Positions 39,158 through 49,979 of a stretch of 64,000 nt of DNA are shown piece by piece. The first letter of the stretch is position 1. Each line of letters opens with the position of its first letter. A model generated the notes under the pieces. The model was not told the DNA's origin. It saw only the letters and a program-made list of their open reading frames with translations, and searched no databases. The DNA is from Phycisphaerae bacterium (GTDB lineage: Bacteria > Planctomycetota > Phycisphaerae > UBA1845 > Fen-1342): positions 447,029 through 511,028 of the forward strand of contig CAXXWX010000019.1 of the NCBI GenBank assembly GCA_963675745.2. Direction: 5' to 3'. The position numbers and the translations under genes are program-made.

Positions 39158-40740
39158 CTCAATACCTCCGCGCGCGTGCGGCGATGCAGAATCGCCAGCA
39201 GCGCGATCCATGGGAGCACGATATACGCGATTGCGGCGACCGCGAGCACTGCCAGGTCGCGGTATACGCCCGAGTGCAACAGTGTAAACGCACGCACCGA
39301 CGCCGGCATCACGCCCGGCGGGGCAACCAGCACCGTGGCCCCGATTTCGCCGAAGCACAGAATCACCAATACGAGCCACACAACCAGCGCGTTGAGCCCG
39401 ACAACCGGCCAATACACATGACGCTGCGATCCCAGCCAGCCGCAGCCGTCCACGCGCGCCGCGAGTTCCAGCTCGAGCGGTACGCGCCGCACAGCCGGCA
39501 GCAATAACAAGATGCCCAGCGGAACCGCGCGCGTCAGGTACGCGAGCACGACAATGGCCGGCGAATCGTAAACCCGGCCCAGCATGCCGGGCCGGTTGAA
39601 GATTTCGATCAGGCTTATCCCGACCACCGGTGCCGGCAGCGCCAGCAGCAACACCACGACCACCAGCACGACCCTGCCCGGTAGCCGCGTGCGGCGGACC
39701 GCCCAGGCCAGGCCCACTCCTGACAGCACGGCTACCGTGGCCGCCGCCGCCGCGCACCGCGCCGAGTAGTTGAGATCAGACGTCAGTCCTCCGCGGCCCA
39801 GTGCGGCGACGAAGTGTGCAAGCGAGCCGATCCTGGTTGTGAGCCCTATCGCCGGAGGGACACCGAGCGCCGCAATGATCAGCAGGCAAGCCAGCGCCAA
39901 CGGCCAGCGCGCGCGCCTCAGCATTAACTGGCGTGCATTGCGTCCGAGTTGTGGAGACGGTTGTTCGCCCAGGATCGGGAAACGCCGCTGGAACACCACC
40001 AGCAGCAGCGCAATCGCGACCAGCACGGGCAACGCGGCCAGTACCGGCCCGGCGGAGGCCCGGCGTTGCGCATACTGCGTGTAAACCTCCTCGGCAAATG
40101 TGCGCACCAGCAGAAGGTCGGATATGGTGATGTCCGTCGCCACGATCAGAATCACAATCAGGGCCACCGTCGCGATTCCCCAACCGGCGAGAGGCAACGT
40201 GACTCGCCAAAGCACGCGCCACGGCCCAACATCCAGCAGCGCCTGTTCTTCAAGCTCCCGTTCGGTCGAACGAAATGCCGCCGCCAGAATCAGCGTTGCC
40301 AGCGGCGTATATGCCAGCCCGTACACCAAGCCGCAGAAGACAGTCGATTCGGCAAATTGCCAGACGGGGAAAACGGAGAACACAAAGACGGCGCTGACAT
40401 ACGTCGGCACACACGCGCCCAGGACGGCGGCAGCCACAATGAGCAAGCGTCCGGGCAGATCAGTGCGCGCAATGAGAAAGCCGAGCAGCACGCCGCCACC
40501 CGTGGCCACGGCGGTGGCCACACCCGCGACGACGACGCTGTTCCGGAGCAGAACCAACCATCGACCGAGTTGTGCCAGTGCGTTGGCGTGAGCAGCCGGC
40601 TGCGCGATCAACTCGCAAGCGGCGTCTGCGATCGCGAATACCGGCACCGCGGCCAGCCCCAACAACACGACGGCGTGCGCCGCGATAATGGCTTTTTCAA
40701 CAAGGCCAGTCGGTCGGGACCAGCGGTCGGGCGCGTGCAT
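39154..40740 (-). CDS. Iron-type ABC transporter permease (duplicated TM module)
   Basis: Two EAA loops (ELEEQALLDVG, ELELAARVDG); about 12 TMs; start 40740 or 40779. Confidence 0.88.
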   Translation of the reverse strand: MHAPDRWSRPTGLVEKAIIAAHAVVLLGLAAVPVFAIADAACELIAQPAAHANALAQLGRWLVLLRNSVVVAGVATAVATGGGVLLGFLIARTDLPGRLLIVAAAVLGACVPTYVSAVFVFSVFPVWQFAESTVFCGLVYGLAYTPLATLILAAAFRSTERELEEQALLDVGPWRVLWRVTLPLAGWGIATVALIVILIVATDITISDLLLVRTFAEEVYTQYAQRRASAGPVLAALPVLVAIALLLVVFQRRFPILGEQPSPQLGRNARQLMLRRARWPLALACLLIIAALGVPPAIGLTTRIGSLAHFVAALGRGGLTSDLNYSARCAAAAATVAVLSGVGLAWAVRRTRLPGRVVLVVVVLLLALPAPVVGISLIEIFNRPGMLGRVYDSPAIVVLAYLTRAVPLGILLLLPAVRRVPLELELAARVDGCGWLGSQRHVYWPVVGLNALVVWLVLVILCFGEIGATVLVAPPGVMPASVRAFTLLHSGVYRDLAVLAVAAIAYIVLPWIALLAILHRRTRAEVLR

Positions 40741-41067
40741 GGCGTATCCGCGGCACGGGCGTCGCGCCCGCGCCATCATGGGTCAGATGCAAACTGGCTG
40801 CAAAACCACGCTATCGTGCATGACAACCCCCGCGCGGGTCAAGCGCCCGCCGCGAGCTGCGCGCAAAACCAACCACCATGATGGCGTCTTCTCGTGGCTT
40901 GGGATGGCCCCGGGGGCGGCAGCGCGGTGCGCCTATGCGCAAAATCAGCGCCGTCCCCAGCGTGAGCGGTCGGCGCCTCGTACAAATCTACCGACCTATC
41001 ATACGGCAGCGCGGCATGCTGAAGCAAGACCATCTGCCGCTCTGCGTAGCCTCGAACACGGCCCTTT

Positions 41068-41096
41068 TTGACTCGGTGTGTAACCGGAGGTATGCT
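41068..41096 (+). promoter_or_regulatory. Sigma70-like promoter of rpoN
   Basis: TTGACT-N17-TATGCT. Confidence 0.65.
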
Positions 41097-41230
41097 AATA
41101 TAAAGACTGGGCGTTGGCCCCTCAGGAACGTGTGTCCGGTCATCGAACACCAAACCAACCCTGCCGGTGATGCCGGTCTCCGAGCAATGCGGCGAAATCG
41201 AGCCATACGCCGCGAAATGCGTGTGTTTTC

Positions 41231-42715
41231 ATGTCGCAGATACTATCACAGGTTCCACGCCACCTGATGCGGCAGGAGCAGCGTCTCACGGCGCAGCTCA
41301 TCCAGGCGATGGATATCCTGCAACTTAACACCATGGCGCTCGAAGCGCGCATTTCACAGGAGATCGACGGGAATCCGGCACTAGACTACGCCCCGGATGA
41401 TGAGGCCCACGCCGCTGACGCCGAGCCTGATGCACGGGCGAACGAGCGGCCCGAGGGCGAGCAGGCCATGGTTGTGCAGGAGGGGGACGCGAAGGAGTTT
41501 GAGCGGCTCGACAACCTGGTCAGTGAATACGACTGGATTGAGGATGACGCCGAGTATCGCGGCACACGCTCGCGCCAGCGTTCGCTCGAAGAAGCTGATT
41601 CGAAGATGGAGGCGATGGCAAACACCGCCGCCCGGCCGGTCAGCTTGCAGGAACATCTGCTGGAACAGTGGCAGTTCGCTGATGTCGATGACGAGGTGCG
41701 CCGCATCGGTGCCGCGATCATCAACTACATCGACGACACCGGGCGCTTGTCCACGCCGCTCGCGCAGATAGGTGACACACTCGACCCCGCCCCCGATGAG
41801 GGCTTGCTCGAGGAGTCTCTGGCGCGCGTCCAGGAGCTGGATCCCAAGGGAGTCGGCGCGCGTGATCTTAAAGAATGCCTGCTGCTCCAACTGCAAGCCT
41901 GGCCCGGCGACAACACGCTCGAGTGCAGCATCATCCGCGATCACTTCGAAGACTTGCAGCGCAACCGGCTGCCGGCTATCGCCAAGGCGCTCGACGTTGA
42001 CCTAGAGGACGTCAAGGGCGCGCTGGCCGCGTTCGCGCGTCTCTCGCTGCACCCCGGCCTCGACGTCGTCGATCGGCGCGTGCCGCGCGTCGTCCCCGAC
42101 GTGATCGTCGAGTACAACGAGGAGCGTGACCGCTATGACGTGCGGCTGACGCGCACCAATCGGCGCGATTTGCGCATTTCTCCCGAGTTCCGCCGACTGC
42201 TCGAACGTTCGCGCAATGACAAGGCTTCGCGCGCGTTTGCGCGACAGAAGATCGACGCCGCCAATGCGATCATTGACGCCGTGCAATACCGCCGCAATCG
42301 CCTGCTCGAAGTGGCCAAAGCCGTCGTCGAGGCGCAGCGCGACTTTCTGGACAAGGGCGAACAGCACATCAAAGTCCTGCGCATGAGCGATCTCGCGGAG
42401 CGCTTCGGCTGCGACCCGTCAACCATCAGCCGTACCGTCGACGAGAAGTACATCGAGACGCCCGATGGCATCTTCCCGCTGCGGCGGTTTTTTACTGGAG
42501 GGGCGGAGACGGGCAACGGGGATCTGCTTGGCTGGGACAGCATCCGCGCGAAGGTCCAGGAAATCATCGACCAGGAAGACAAGTCCGCGCCGTACAGTGA
42601 CGATGCGATCGTCGGGCTGCTCAAGGAACAAGGCATAGCCATTAAACGCCGCACGGTCGCAAAGTATCGCGCCCAGCTCGCGATCCCCACCGCACGGCAA
42701 CGGCGGCAGTATTGA
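41231..42715 (+). CDS. rpoN: RNA polymerase sigma-54 factor
   Basis: Q-rich N-terminus, LDPKGVGARDLKECLLLQL, STISR, RpoN box RRTVAKYR. Confidence 0.97.
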   Translation: MSQILSQVPRHLMRQEQRLTAQLIQAMDILQLNTMALEARISQEIDGNPALDYAPDDEAHAADAEPDARANERPEGEQAMVVQEGDAKEFERLDNLVSEYDWIEDDAEYRGTRSRQRSLEEADSKMEAMANTAARPVSLQEHLLEQWQFADVDDEVRRIGAAIINYIDDTGRLSTPLAQIGDTLDPAPDEGLLEESLARVQELDPKGVGARDLKECLLLQLQAWPGDNTLECSIIRDHFEDLQRNRLPAIAKALDVDLEDVKGALAAFARLSLHPGLDVVDRRVPRVVPDVIVEYNEERDRYDVRLTRTNRRDLRISPEFRRLLERSRNDKASRAFARQKIDAANAIIDAVQYRRNRLLEVAKAVVEAQRDFLDKGEQHIKVLRMSDLAERFGCDPSTISRTVDEKYIETPDGIFPLRRFFTGGAETGNGDLLGWDSIRAKVQEIIDQEDKSAPYSDDAIVGLLKEQGIAIKRRTVAKYRAQLAIPTARQRRQY

Positions 42716-42754
42716 CGCACGCGCCGGTCTGACTTTGCACGCCTGAGATGCGCA

Positions 42755-44476
42755 TCAATCCACGATCAGGTCGATCAGCTCAAAGCGGTCAACATCGACC
42801 AACCCCTGGTCCGTGATCTTCAGCGATCCTATCACCGACAGGTTCAGGAACGATAGCGCCATGAACGGACGCCGCAGCTTGCCATCGAGCTGTTGCGCCG
42901 CCTCGTGCAGACGCGTCAGTTGTCCGCTGAGCGCGGTCGCGCCGACTTCGCTCATCAGGCCCGCGATCGGCAACGGTACCTCGGCCAGAACCGCGCCGTC
43001 TTTCACCACGCAGAAACCGCCACGCATCTTCACAAGTTGCACGGCGGCCGTGAACATGTCCTGGTCGTTTGTGCCGGCCACCACCAGATTGTGTGAATCG
43101 TGGCACACCGACGACGCAATCGCTCCGCCGGTTAATCCAAAGCCGCGCACAAAACCGAGCCCGACATTGCCGCTGGCCTGGTGACGCTCGATCACGGCGA
43201 TCTTGCACAGATCGCGCGACGGGTCGGCGTGCAGCAGACCGTCAACGATCGGCATCTCCTCCGCGCTGCGTTGCGTGTCGATGCGGCCTTCGACAACTTC
43301 AATCACGTTGACCTTGCACGTGCCCGTGCGCTCCGGCTTGATCTTGAAATCGTCGAGCTCGAGCCAGTGTACGTTGATCGCGCTGCGCAGTATCTGGCGC
43401 TTGCGGCGACCGGCGTCGCGGTCGATTACCTCGCCGTCCTTGGCAACCAGGCGGCCCGACTGAAACGTGTGGGTCACGTGGCAACGTTCGAGATCATCCA
43501 GAACCACCAGGCTGGCAAGATACCCCGGCGCGACCGCGCCCAACCCCGCCAGACCGAAATAGCGCGCCGTGTTTATCGTCGCCAGCTTGACCGCATGTAC
43601 CGGCGACAGCCCACCGGCGATCGCGCGGCGGATGATGTGGTCCATGTGGCCGTGGGCCAGCAGATCTTCGACATCCTTGTCATCGGTGACGAACATGAAT
43701 CGTTCGAGCGTGGCCGGCGATACCAGCGGCAAGAGCGCGTCAAGGTCTTTCGCCTGGCTGCCCTCGCGAATCATGATGTACATCCCCATCCGCAGCTTTT
43801 CGCGCGCCTCTTCGATGGTCGTACACTCATGGTCACTGGCTATCCCCGTGGCCACATAAGCACACAGCTCACGCCCGCTCAGCCCCGGCGCGTGACCGTC
43901 AATGCGCTGACCATCGATCATGCGCAGCTTGTCGAGGCACTCGCGCTCGGCGGCGACCACGCCGGGGAAGTTCATCATTTCCGCCAGGCCCAGCACCCAG
44001 GGGTCGCTCAGCAGAGGCATGATGTCGAGGGCGGTCAGCTCGGCACCGGCGCTTTCGAACTGCGACGCCGGCACGCACGAACTGGCCATCACATACACGT
44101 GGATCGGGCAGTATTTGCTCGACGAGAGCATGAAGCGGATGCCCTCCGCACCGAGCACGTTCGCAATCTCATGCGGATCGGTGACAACCGCCGTCGTTCC
44201 GTGAACCGCCACGAGCTTGGAGAATTCCGGCACGCTGAGCAGCGAGGATTCAATGTGTATGTGCCCGTCGATGAATCCCGGGCAGACGTATTGGCCCCTC
44301 ACGTCCACGATCTCGCGGCCATCGTATTGACCTATACCGACAACTCGGTCGCCGGCGATTGCGACGTCGCCATCATGCACTTCGCACGAGAGCACGTTTA
44401 CGATCCGCCCGTTCTTGAGAACCAGGTCAGCCGGTACGCGTCCCGCGGCGATGTCGATATGTGTCTTCAGATCCAT
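42755..44476 (-). CDS. ade: Adenine deaminase
   Basis: PGFIDGHIHIESS, DPHEIANVLG, EMMNFPG, DGHAP, SDHEC, IREGS, HDSHN; GGAGG RBS. Confidence 0.95.
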   Translation of the reverse strand: MDLKTHIDIAAGRVPADLVLKNGRIVNVLSCEVHDGDVAIAGDRVVGIGQYDGREIVDVRGQYVCPGFIDGHIHIESSLLSVPEFSKLVAVHGTTAVVTDPHEIANVLGAEGIRFMLSSSKYCPIHVYVMASSCVPASQFESAGAELTALDIMPLLSDPWVLGLAEMMNFPGVVAAERECLDKLRMIDGQRIDGHAPGLSGRELCAYVATGIASDHECTTIEEAREKLRMGMYIMIREGSQAKDLDALLPLVSPATLERFMFVTDDKDVEDLLAHGHMDHIIRRAIAGGLSPVHAVKLATINTARYFGLAGLGAVAPGYLASLVVLDDLERCHVTHTFQSGRLVAKDGEVIDRDAGRRKRQILRSAINVHWLELDDFKIKPERTGTCKVNVIEVVEGRIDTQRSAEEMPIVDGLLHADPSRDLCKIAVIERHQASGNVGLGFVRGFGLTGGAIASSVCHDSHNLVVAGTNDQDMFTAAVQLVKMRGGFCVVKDGAVLAEVPLPIAGLMSEVGATALSGQLTRLHEAAQQLDGKLRRPFMALSFLNLSVIGSLKITDQGLVDVDRFELIDLIVD

Positions 44477-44680
44477 GGGGAACCTCCTCGTGCCGGACGC
44501 ACAATGTCCCGTATGGTTGCGGGACGAAGCGAGGCGGGCCTCTCCAGGGACCGGAGCGGTCCGCCGTCGAGGCCGGCGGCGTGCGCGGCAGATCCTCGCA
44601 CTGCGGCTACAGGTGCCCAATCAACGGCGTCTCGCAAGTCGCCGTTAGCAAGTGACTTACGAGACGGTCACCTTATCAGA

Positions 44681-44767
44681 CGGAGAGGGCGGGATTCGAA
44701 CCCGCGGAACGGTTACCCGTTCACACGCTTTCCAAGCGTGCACAATCGGCCACTCTGTCACCTCTCC
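44681..44767 (-). tRNA. tRNA-Ser (anticodon GGA)
   Basis: GGAGAGG acceptor, CACGC-TTGGAAA-GCGTG anticodon arm, long variable arm, GGTTCGAATCC; CCA not encoded. Confidence 0.97.
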
Positions 44768-45041
44768 AAATGCGTGCTGAACTGAACCACTCACCCAGAC
44801 TTCCCATCTGCCTCGGGATGGCACACGTCCAGGCGTGAGGTAGTAGGGCGGCGCGCCGGCACGCCCGGGCATCCTGGTCAAGCAGCCCGGACACCGGATC
44901 GTGAGAAACACCGCCTGTCCTTCAATCAGCCGCAGCGCGGGTTCTACATTATCCGATCCGATGCCAAGCGACAAGAATTCAGAACCGCGGGCTTGCCCGC
45001 CGCGTGAAAGCGACAAGAGCCCCACGCGTTATACTGGCACT

Positions 45042-46079
45042 ATGAACCGCCGCCGCCTGCTCTTGGTAAGTGTCGTTCTGGGACTTGTCGCGTGCGTGAA
45101 CAGCCCTCCCGGCGAGGTCGGCGTCTGGAGCGAATTCCTGCCCGCCGACGAGGTTCAGGACTCGCTGGAGACGTTGGCGGCGTATGACGCCGACCTCTAC
45201 CTCGCCGTCGAACCCGCCACCATCGACGCGAGCCTCTGGGCGCTCTGCGCCGAGGCCCGCGCAGCCGGCGTCGGTGTGCGGCTGTGGCCCCAACTCCCAG
45301 AACGTGGCATCTGGCTCAACGAGCAGAACATCGCCGACTTCGCTGCGTTCACTGAGACACTCATCGACGCCGCGGCCCACGAGGAAATCGCGATCGAGTG
45401 GATCATTCTGGATATTGAGCCGGCATTGGCGTATGCGGAAATGCTCCGAGCAGCCGCGGCAAGCGGCCTGCCGGACCTGATAGATCTGCTGGGGGACCAT
45501 CGCGACAGAGCCGCGTTCGCCGCCGCCCAGATCCAATTGCAAGCTCTCGTCGACGCCCTGCACGCGCGCGGCGTGAAGGTGATGGCCGTGACCCTCCCGT
45601 GGACCGTGGATGATCTGGGCGATGGTGATCCGGACATCCAGGATGTCTTCGACACGCCGCTCGCAGGCCCGGAGTGGGACCAGGTGTGTGTGATGGTGTA
45701 CCGTCCGACGTTCTCCGATTTCTTCGGCGTCGATCTGCCGCCGGATTATGTTGGCAGCTATGCCCGGACGGCCCGGCAGGTGTTCGGGCCCAACGCACAG
45801 GTGGCGATCGGTAACATCGGCACCCGCGGGCGCGTCCTGGCTCCCGGCTACACGAGCCCAACCGACATCGTTCGCGACGTGGCCGCGGCCCGCGCCGCCG
45901 GATTAACCAGCATCAGCGTCTACTCGCTCGATGGCATGATAGCATCGGGGAACCCGGAACCGTGGCTGGCAGCCGCCGCCGGCGTCACGCCACGCACGTT
46001 CTGTGTGGACCCTGTGACCGCACTGCTCAGATTCGCGCTACGCGGCCTCGACAGCGCGGCGGACGACCTGGGCAAATGA
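45042..46079 (+). CDS. Lipoprotein with putative glycoside-hydrolase-like TIM barrel
   Basis: LVAC lipobox; WIILDIEP, D...VMVY, ISVYSLDG pattern. Confidence 0.6.
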   Translation: MNRRRLLLVSVVLGLVACVNSPPGEVGVWSEFLPADEVQDSLETLAAYDADLYLAVEPATIDASLWALCAEARAAGVGVRLWPQLPERGIWLNEQNIADFAAFTETLIDAAAHEEIAIEWIILDIEPALAYAEMLRAAAASGLPDLIDLLGDHRDRAAFAAAQIQLQALVDALHARGVKVMAVTLPWTVDDLGDGDPDIQDVFDTPLAGPEWDQVCVMVYRPTFSDFFGVDLPPDYVGSYARTARQVFGPNAQVAIGNIGTRGRVLAPGYTSPTDIVRDVAAARAAGLTSISVYSLDGMIASGNPEPWLAAAAGVTPRTFCVDPVTALLRFALRGLDSAADDLGK

Positions 46080-46234
46080 TGCCTGTGTGATCGGACGTGC
46101 GCCGTCCAGCCTCCGGGAGCACGATGTGTTTACCCGCCTGCCGTGGGGGCCAGCGTGGTAGAATAACTGGTGAAGGTCAGGGGATAACCGTGGGCCGAAG
46201 CTCGATGCGCTCGAGCCCCATGCAGGCTGCAACG

Positions 46235-47596
46235 ATGAACTTCACACCGCTCGACCGAAAGCGCGGGCTGACCGCCTGCGGCCGGCTGGCGCTCGCCGCG
46301 ATTCTTGCGACAACCGCTCCCTTGCTTGCCGCCGATCCTTGTCCGTTCACCTGTGGCGACCTGGACGACGACGGCATTGTTGGCTGGGACGACTTCGCGG
46401 GCTTTGCGTTTTGCCTGGGGCAATTGCCGAGTTTTTCTCAGGAGTGCGCTTGCTCCGATCTCGACGGCAGCGGTGCGATCGACATGCAGGACTGTGCCGT
46501 GTTCTCGGAGTTGTTTGGCGGGGCCTCTGATGAGTTGCCGCCCGGTTGCACCGGAGCCCTGGCTGCGACGGCCAATCTGACGGCCTATCGTCCTCAGCAC
46601 GGTTCCGGCTACGCGCCCTTTGTCCGCACGCCGGTAAGCGAGGATGACGAGGAAAGCGCAACGTGGGGAGCGGGCATACGGATCAACCAGCCGGGTGACG
46701 TCGATCCGATGGGCGAGGACGACCTCATTGAAGTTCTGCTGAGTGTCGATCCGCCGGGGGCGCAGCTTGCGTTGCGCCGAAGCGCTGCGGCCATTGAGGT
46801 GTGGACAACACGCGACAAGCAGCCCGGCACCGCGATCGCTTTTGCCAATAACAAGTCGGATGCGTTGCCTCTAGCCCCCTCGCAAGACCAGTTGACGGTT
46901 TGGGTTGAGTGGGCATCCGTCACGCACGGCGTGGTCGAGTTACATGTTGAACCGTTGATGACATACGCACCCAAGGACACGCTGGTGTTTCACTCTTTTC
47001 AAACGCTTGTCGCGGCGCTCGGCGGTGAGGACCAGATCCCGTCTGATCCGCCTGATCCCGAGACGGGTACGTTCGTGGTGGCGCAGGCGTTATATCAGCA
47101 AGGCTACGACGTACACATGTTTGACGAGGACAACGTCGGGGCGGACGGTTCGGGTGTCGTTTTCGACGAAGTCGCGAACGCCATACAGAATCGCGGCATC
47201 AACGAGGTCGCGATCTTCGGCTATAGCCATGGCGGCGGGTCCACCTATGACCTCGCGGACTTGCTCGACATCAGCCGGCCGGCGCTGGGGGTCTTTGAAA
47301 TCCGATTCACTTCCTACGTCGACGCCGTGTCAAACAACTCCGACATCGACATCGGCCAGGAGCTGCGCCGACCACCCAGCTCGGCCTATCATCTGAACCA
47401 CTATCAACACGGCTCGTTCTTTGAGGATCTCGGCCTGGACGGCGGTCCCGTGACTAACTCCAATCCGCCGCCCACCGGGCTGGACGTGGAGACCACACCC
47501 TGGGGGGCGGACTGCACGCACTTCGAGGTGGACGACTTCTCGCAGGTCCTGGATCTGATCGAAGCAAGCCTGTACGCAACGATTACGCAGCCGTAG
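46235..47596 (+). CDS. Secreted protein with N-terminal dockerin-like module and C-terminal alpha/beta-hydrolase-like domain
   Basis: GDLDDDGIV...SDLDGSGAIDMQD; FGYSHGGG nucleophile elbow, YVDAV, late His (CTHF). Confidence 0.7.
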   Translation: MNFTPLDRKRGLTACGRLALAAILATTAPLLAADPCPFTCGDLDDDGIVGWDDFAGFAFCLGQLPSFSQECACSDLDGSGAIDMQDCAVFSELFGGASDELPPGCTGALAATANLTAYRPQHGSGYAPFVRTPVSEDDEESATWGAGIRINQPGDVDPMGEDDLIEVLLSVDPPGAQLALRRSAAAIEVWTTRDKQPGTAIAFANNKSDALPLAPSQDQLTVWVEWASVTHGVVELHVEPLMTYAPKDTLVFHSFQTLVAALGGEDQIPSDPPDPETGTFVVAQALYQQGYDVHMFDEDNVGADGSGVVFDEVANAIQNRGINEVAIFGYSHGGGSTYDLADLLDISRPALGVFEIRFTSYVDAVSNNSDIDIGQELRRPPSSAYHLNHYQHGSFFEDLGLDGGPVTNSNPPPTGLDVETTPWGADCTHFEVDDFSQVLDLIEASLYATITQP

Positions 47597-47608
47597 AGGA
47601 CAATTCCC

Positions 47609-48493
47609 ATGATCACAGATTGGCCAGGCTTCATGACACGCGGGTTTGCAGACCTCGGGCGACGTTCCCGGATACTATTTGCCCTGATCCTGTTCACGAT
47701 GCCCCCCGGTGCCGCCGTCGCCGTGGACGACAACCAGCCTGCTGTTCATCCGGACACGGCTATTCAGGCGGCCATTGCTCGTGTCGTTGATGCGCGCACG
47801 CGAGAGCACCAGCAGGCGGGCCTGGATCAGCTTGTTGAGTTGGATACGGCCTCACATCAACAACTCGTCCGCCAGTTGGTCTACTTCGCCAGCCGCGCGC
47901 AAAACACCAAGGACGCCATGGTTGTCGGCGTGATCATCCGGCGAATGGACATTCCTGACGCTGCGATTGCGCGGGCGCTTGTGCCGTGCCTGGAGACAAC
48001 TGATCGCGCTCTCGATAAGTCCGTGCGAAACATCCTCGGCGGGCTTGAGAAGCGGGCGGCCGGTCGCAGGCCGGACTTCTCCATCTACCGCGAGATTATC
48101 GCCGACCACCTGCGGGCCGGTGAGCAGCTTCCAGACGGTCTGATCCGGTACATGTACGATGCCGACCCCGGCGTCGCGCTGCTCGCGCTCATGAGGGCCC
48201 ACCAGCTAAGGGAGCCCGAGGAACTCAAGGTCATTCTGTGGGCGGAGCACGTCGTGTCAGACGTACTCTGGAAGCAACAGTATGGCTTTCTTAACCGTGA
48301 CGAAGTCGAGCCCGCCGCCGCCCGGGAACTCGCCAGGCTCGCGAGTCACGACGAGTGGTGGGTGCGACTGTATGTGGCGGAGATCATGCGGCAGCAACCC
48401 GGATTCCGTCAGCCCGGGTTGATTGGCAAGCTGATTAACGACCGGCACCAGGTCGTGCAAGCGGCCGCCATAAACATCCTGGACCAGCCGTGA
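47609..48493 (+). CDS. Hypothetical exported helical (HEAT-like) protein
   Basis: Signal-like N-terminus; D.WWVR...A and D.HQVVQAAA HEAT-like units; 12 nt after the upstream gene. Confidence 0.6.
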   Translation: MITDWPGFMTRGFADLGRRSRILFALILFTMPPGAAVAVDDNQPAVHPDTAIQAAIARVVDARTREHQQAGLDQLVELDTASHQQLVRQLVYFASRAQNTKDAMVVGVIIRRMDIPDAAIARALVPCLETTDRALDKSVRNILGGLEKRAAGRRPDFSIYREIIADHLRAGEQLPDGLIRYMYDADPGVALLALMRAHQLREPEELKVILWAEHVVSDVLWKQQYGFLNRDEVEPAAARELARLASHDEWWVRLYVAEIMRQQPGFRQPGLIGKLINDRHQVVQAAAINILDQP

Positions 48494-48551
48494 TGCCCGC
48501 CACGTACGCCGCTGACCCGTAGCGTCCGCCCCCCGAGTCGGACGTCCTTGC

Positions 48552-49979
48552 TCAGGAACCGGTGAAGGCCGCCTGGAACTCCGCGAAATCCACCGTATCC
48601 ACATCGCCCGACAGGTCGGCATCGTGATTGTCGCACGGGCTCTGTAAGGTGCCGCCCGGCCCCGTCATGCAACCCTCGAACGTCTCGAACTCGGCGAGCT
48701 CCACAAAGCCGTTTCCGTTGTCGTCGAACGGGAAGATCGCGGGCGCGATGACCTCGAGAATAACCGTGATCACGTCATTCGCATCAGCGGAGCCCTGTCC
48801 CGTGGCGGCGCCATCAACGTCCAGATTGTCGATCGTGACCGTGCCGCTCTTGAGCCCGGCGATTGCGGTCGACGTCAGCAGGCCCACTTCGATGTTGGCG
48901 GTCTGCGCATTCATGCTGAAGGCGTTGAATCCACCGCTTAGGCTGGACGTCGCCTCGCCGGCGGCGGTCACCGAGTAGTACGTGGGGGCAAAACCGTCCT
49001 TGTGCAGCACAACGGTCTGTGGCGACGGCAGTGGATCGCCCAGATTGACCTGGCCCAGATCGACCGTGATCGACGACGCGCCGTCACTTGCCGGACTGCC
49101 ACCGACATATAGCTGGCTGTCGTTGTTGCCGCCGCCGAAAACCGACCAGACGAATTCCGGGTGATCGATGTACGGATTGCGGTTGCCCTGGTAGTTGGCG
49201 TAGATGATGTGGTTGCGTCTGCGCTCGAATTGGGCGGCCGGGGCGGCGTAGTGATATTCGAGCAGCCGATCGAGATTCCCGAGCGTCGAGCCGCCAGAGG
49301 CCGGATCGCCCACGACTAACTGAAGATTGGTCGTGCTGGCATCAGATCCATCGTAACGCGTGGCCATGTAAAACATCTGGCGGGCGACGTGGCCGGCGTC
49401 GAGTCCCGAATACCAGACCGTGGCCCCCGCATCCGACGTGATCCCGTAATCGCCGTAGGCACCACCGACCCCGAACGCGCCGCCGAAATTCAGATTGCCT
49501 CGCGAGCCGTTAACGCTCGGGTTGCAGGGGCGCAGATTGTGCAGGTCGGAATTGTCCGGGCCCGACGTGCCCACACCCCGACTGCGTGGCCAGGTGTGCT
49601 CTCGATTCCAGGACAGGCCGCTGTCCCAGCCGGGTATGCCCACTGAATACAAACCGCTGATGTCGAGCGACACGCCGCTGTAAACCAGAATGATCGCATT
49701 CGGATCGACCGGATCGACATCCGTGATTTGCAGCGAGATGCGGGCGTCGTCATAGCTCCGCACGATGTGGTCATCGATTATGTTGTGGAGTTGGGCCTGC
49801 AACGCCGCACCGGTCCCCACGGCGGTGTCGTAGTAACCGGGCGGAGGATCAAACTCGTCGGCGTGCGTGGCGAATGCGCAGATGCCGAGCATTGCGGTGG
49901 CGGCAAGCACGTGGATGGCGCTGGTAGCACGGTGTGGTCGCGGACAGACCGGGTCGGTCACTCTTGTATTTTCACTCAT
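48552..49979 (-). CDS. Secreted endonuclease I-family nuclease with Ig-like and C-terminal dockerin-like modules
   Basis: WNREHTWPRS, SDLHNLRP, VNGSRGN, ARQMFYMATRY, QGNRNPYIDHPE. Confidence 0.9.
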   Translation of the reverse strand: MSENTRVTDPVCPRPHRATSAIHVLAATAMLGICAFATHADEFDPPPGYYDTAVGTGAALQAQLHNIIDDHIVRSYDDARISLQITDVDPVDPNAIILVYSGVSLDISGLYSVGIPGWDSGLSWNREHTWPRSRGVGTSGPDNSDLHNLRPCNPSVNGSRGNLNFGGAFGVGGAYGDYGITSDAGATVWYSGLDAGHVARQMFYMATRYDGSDASTTNLQLVVGDPASGGSTLGNLDRLLEYHYAAPAAQFERRRNHIIYANYQGNRNPYIDHPEFVWSVFGGGNNDSQLYVGGSPASDGASSITVDLGQVNLGDPLPSPQTVVLHKDGFAPTYYSVTAAGEATSSLSGGFNAFSMNAQTANIEVGLLTSTAIAGLKSGTVTIDNLDVDGAATGQGSADANDVITVILEVIAPAIFPFDDNGNGFVELAEFETFEGCMTGPGGTLQSPCDNHDADLSGDVDTVDFAEFQAAFTGS

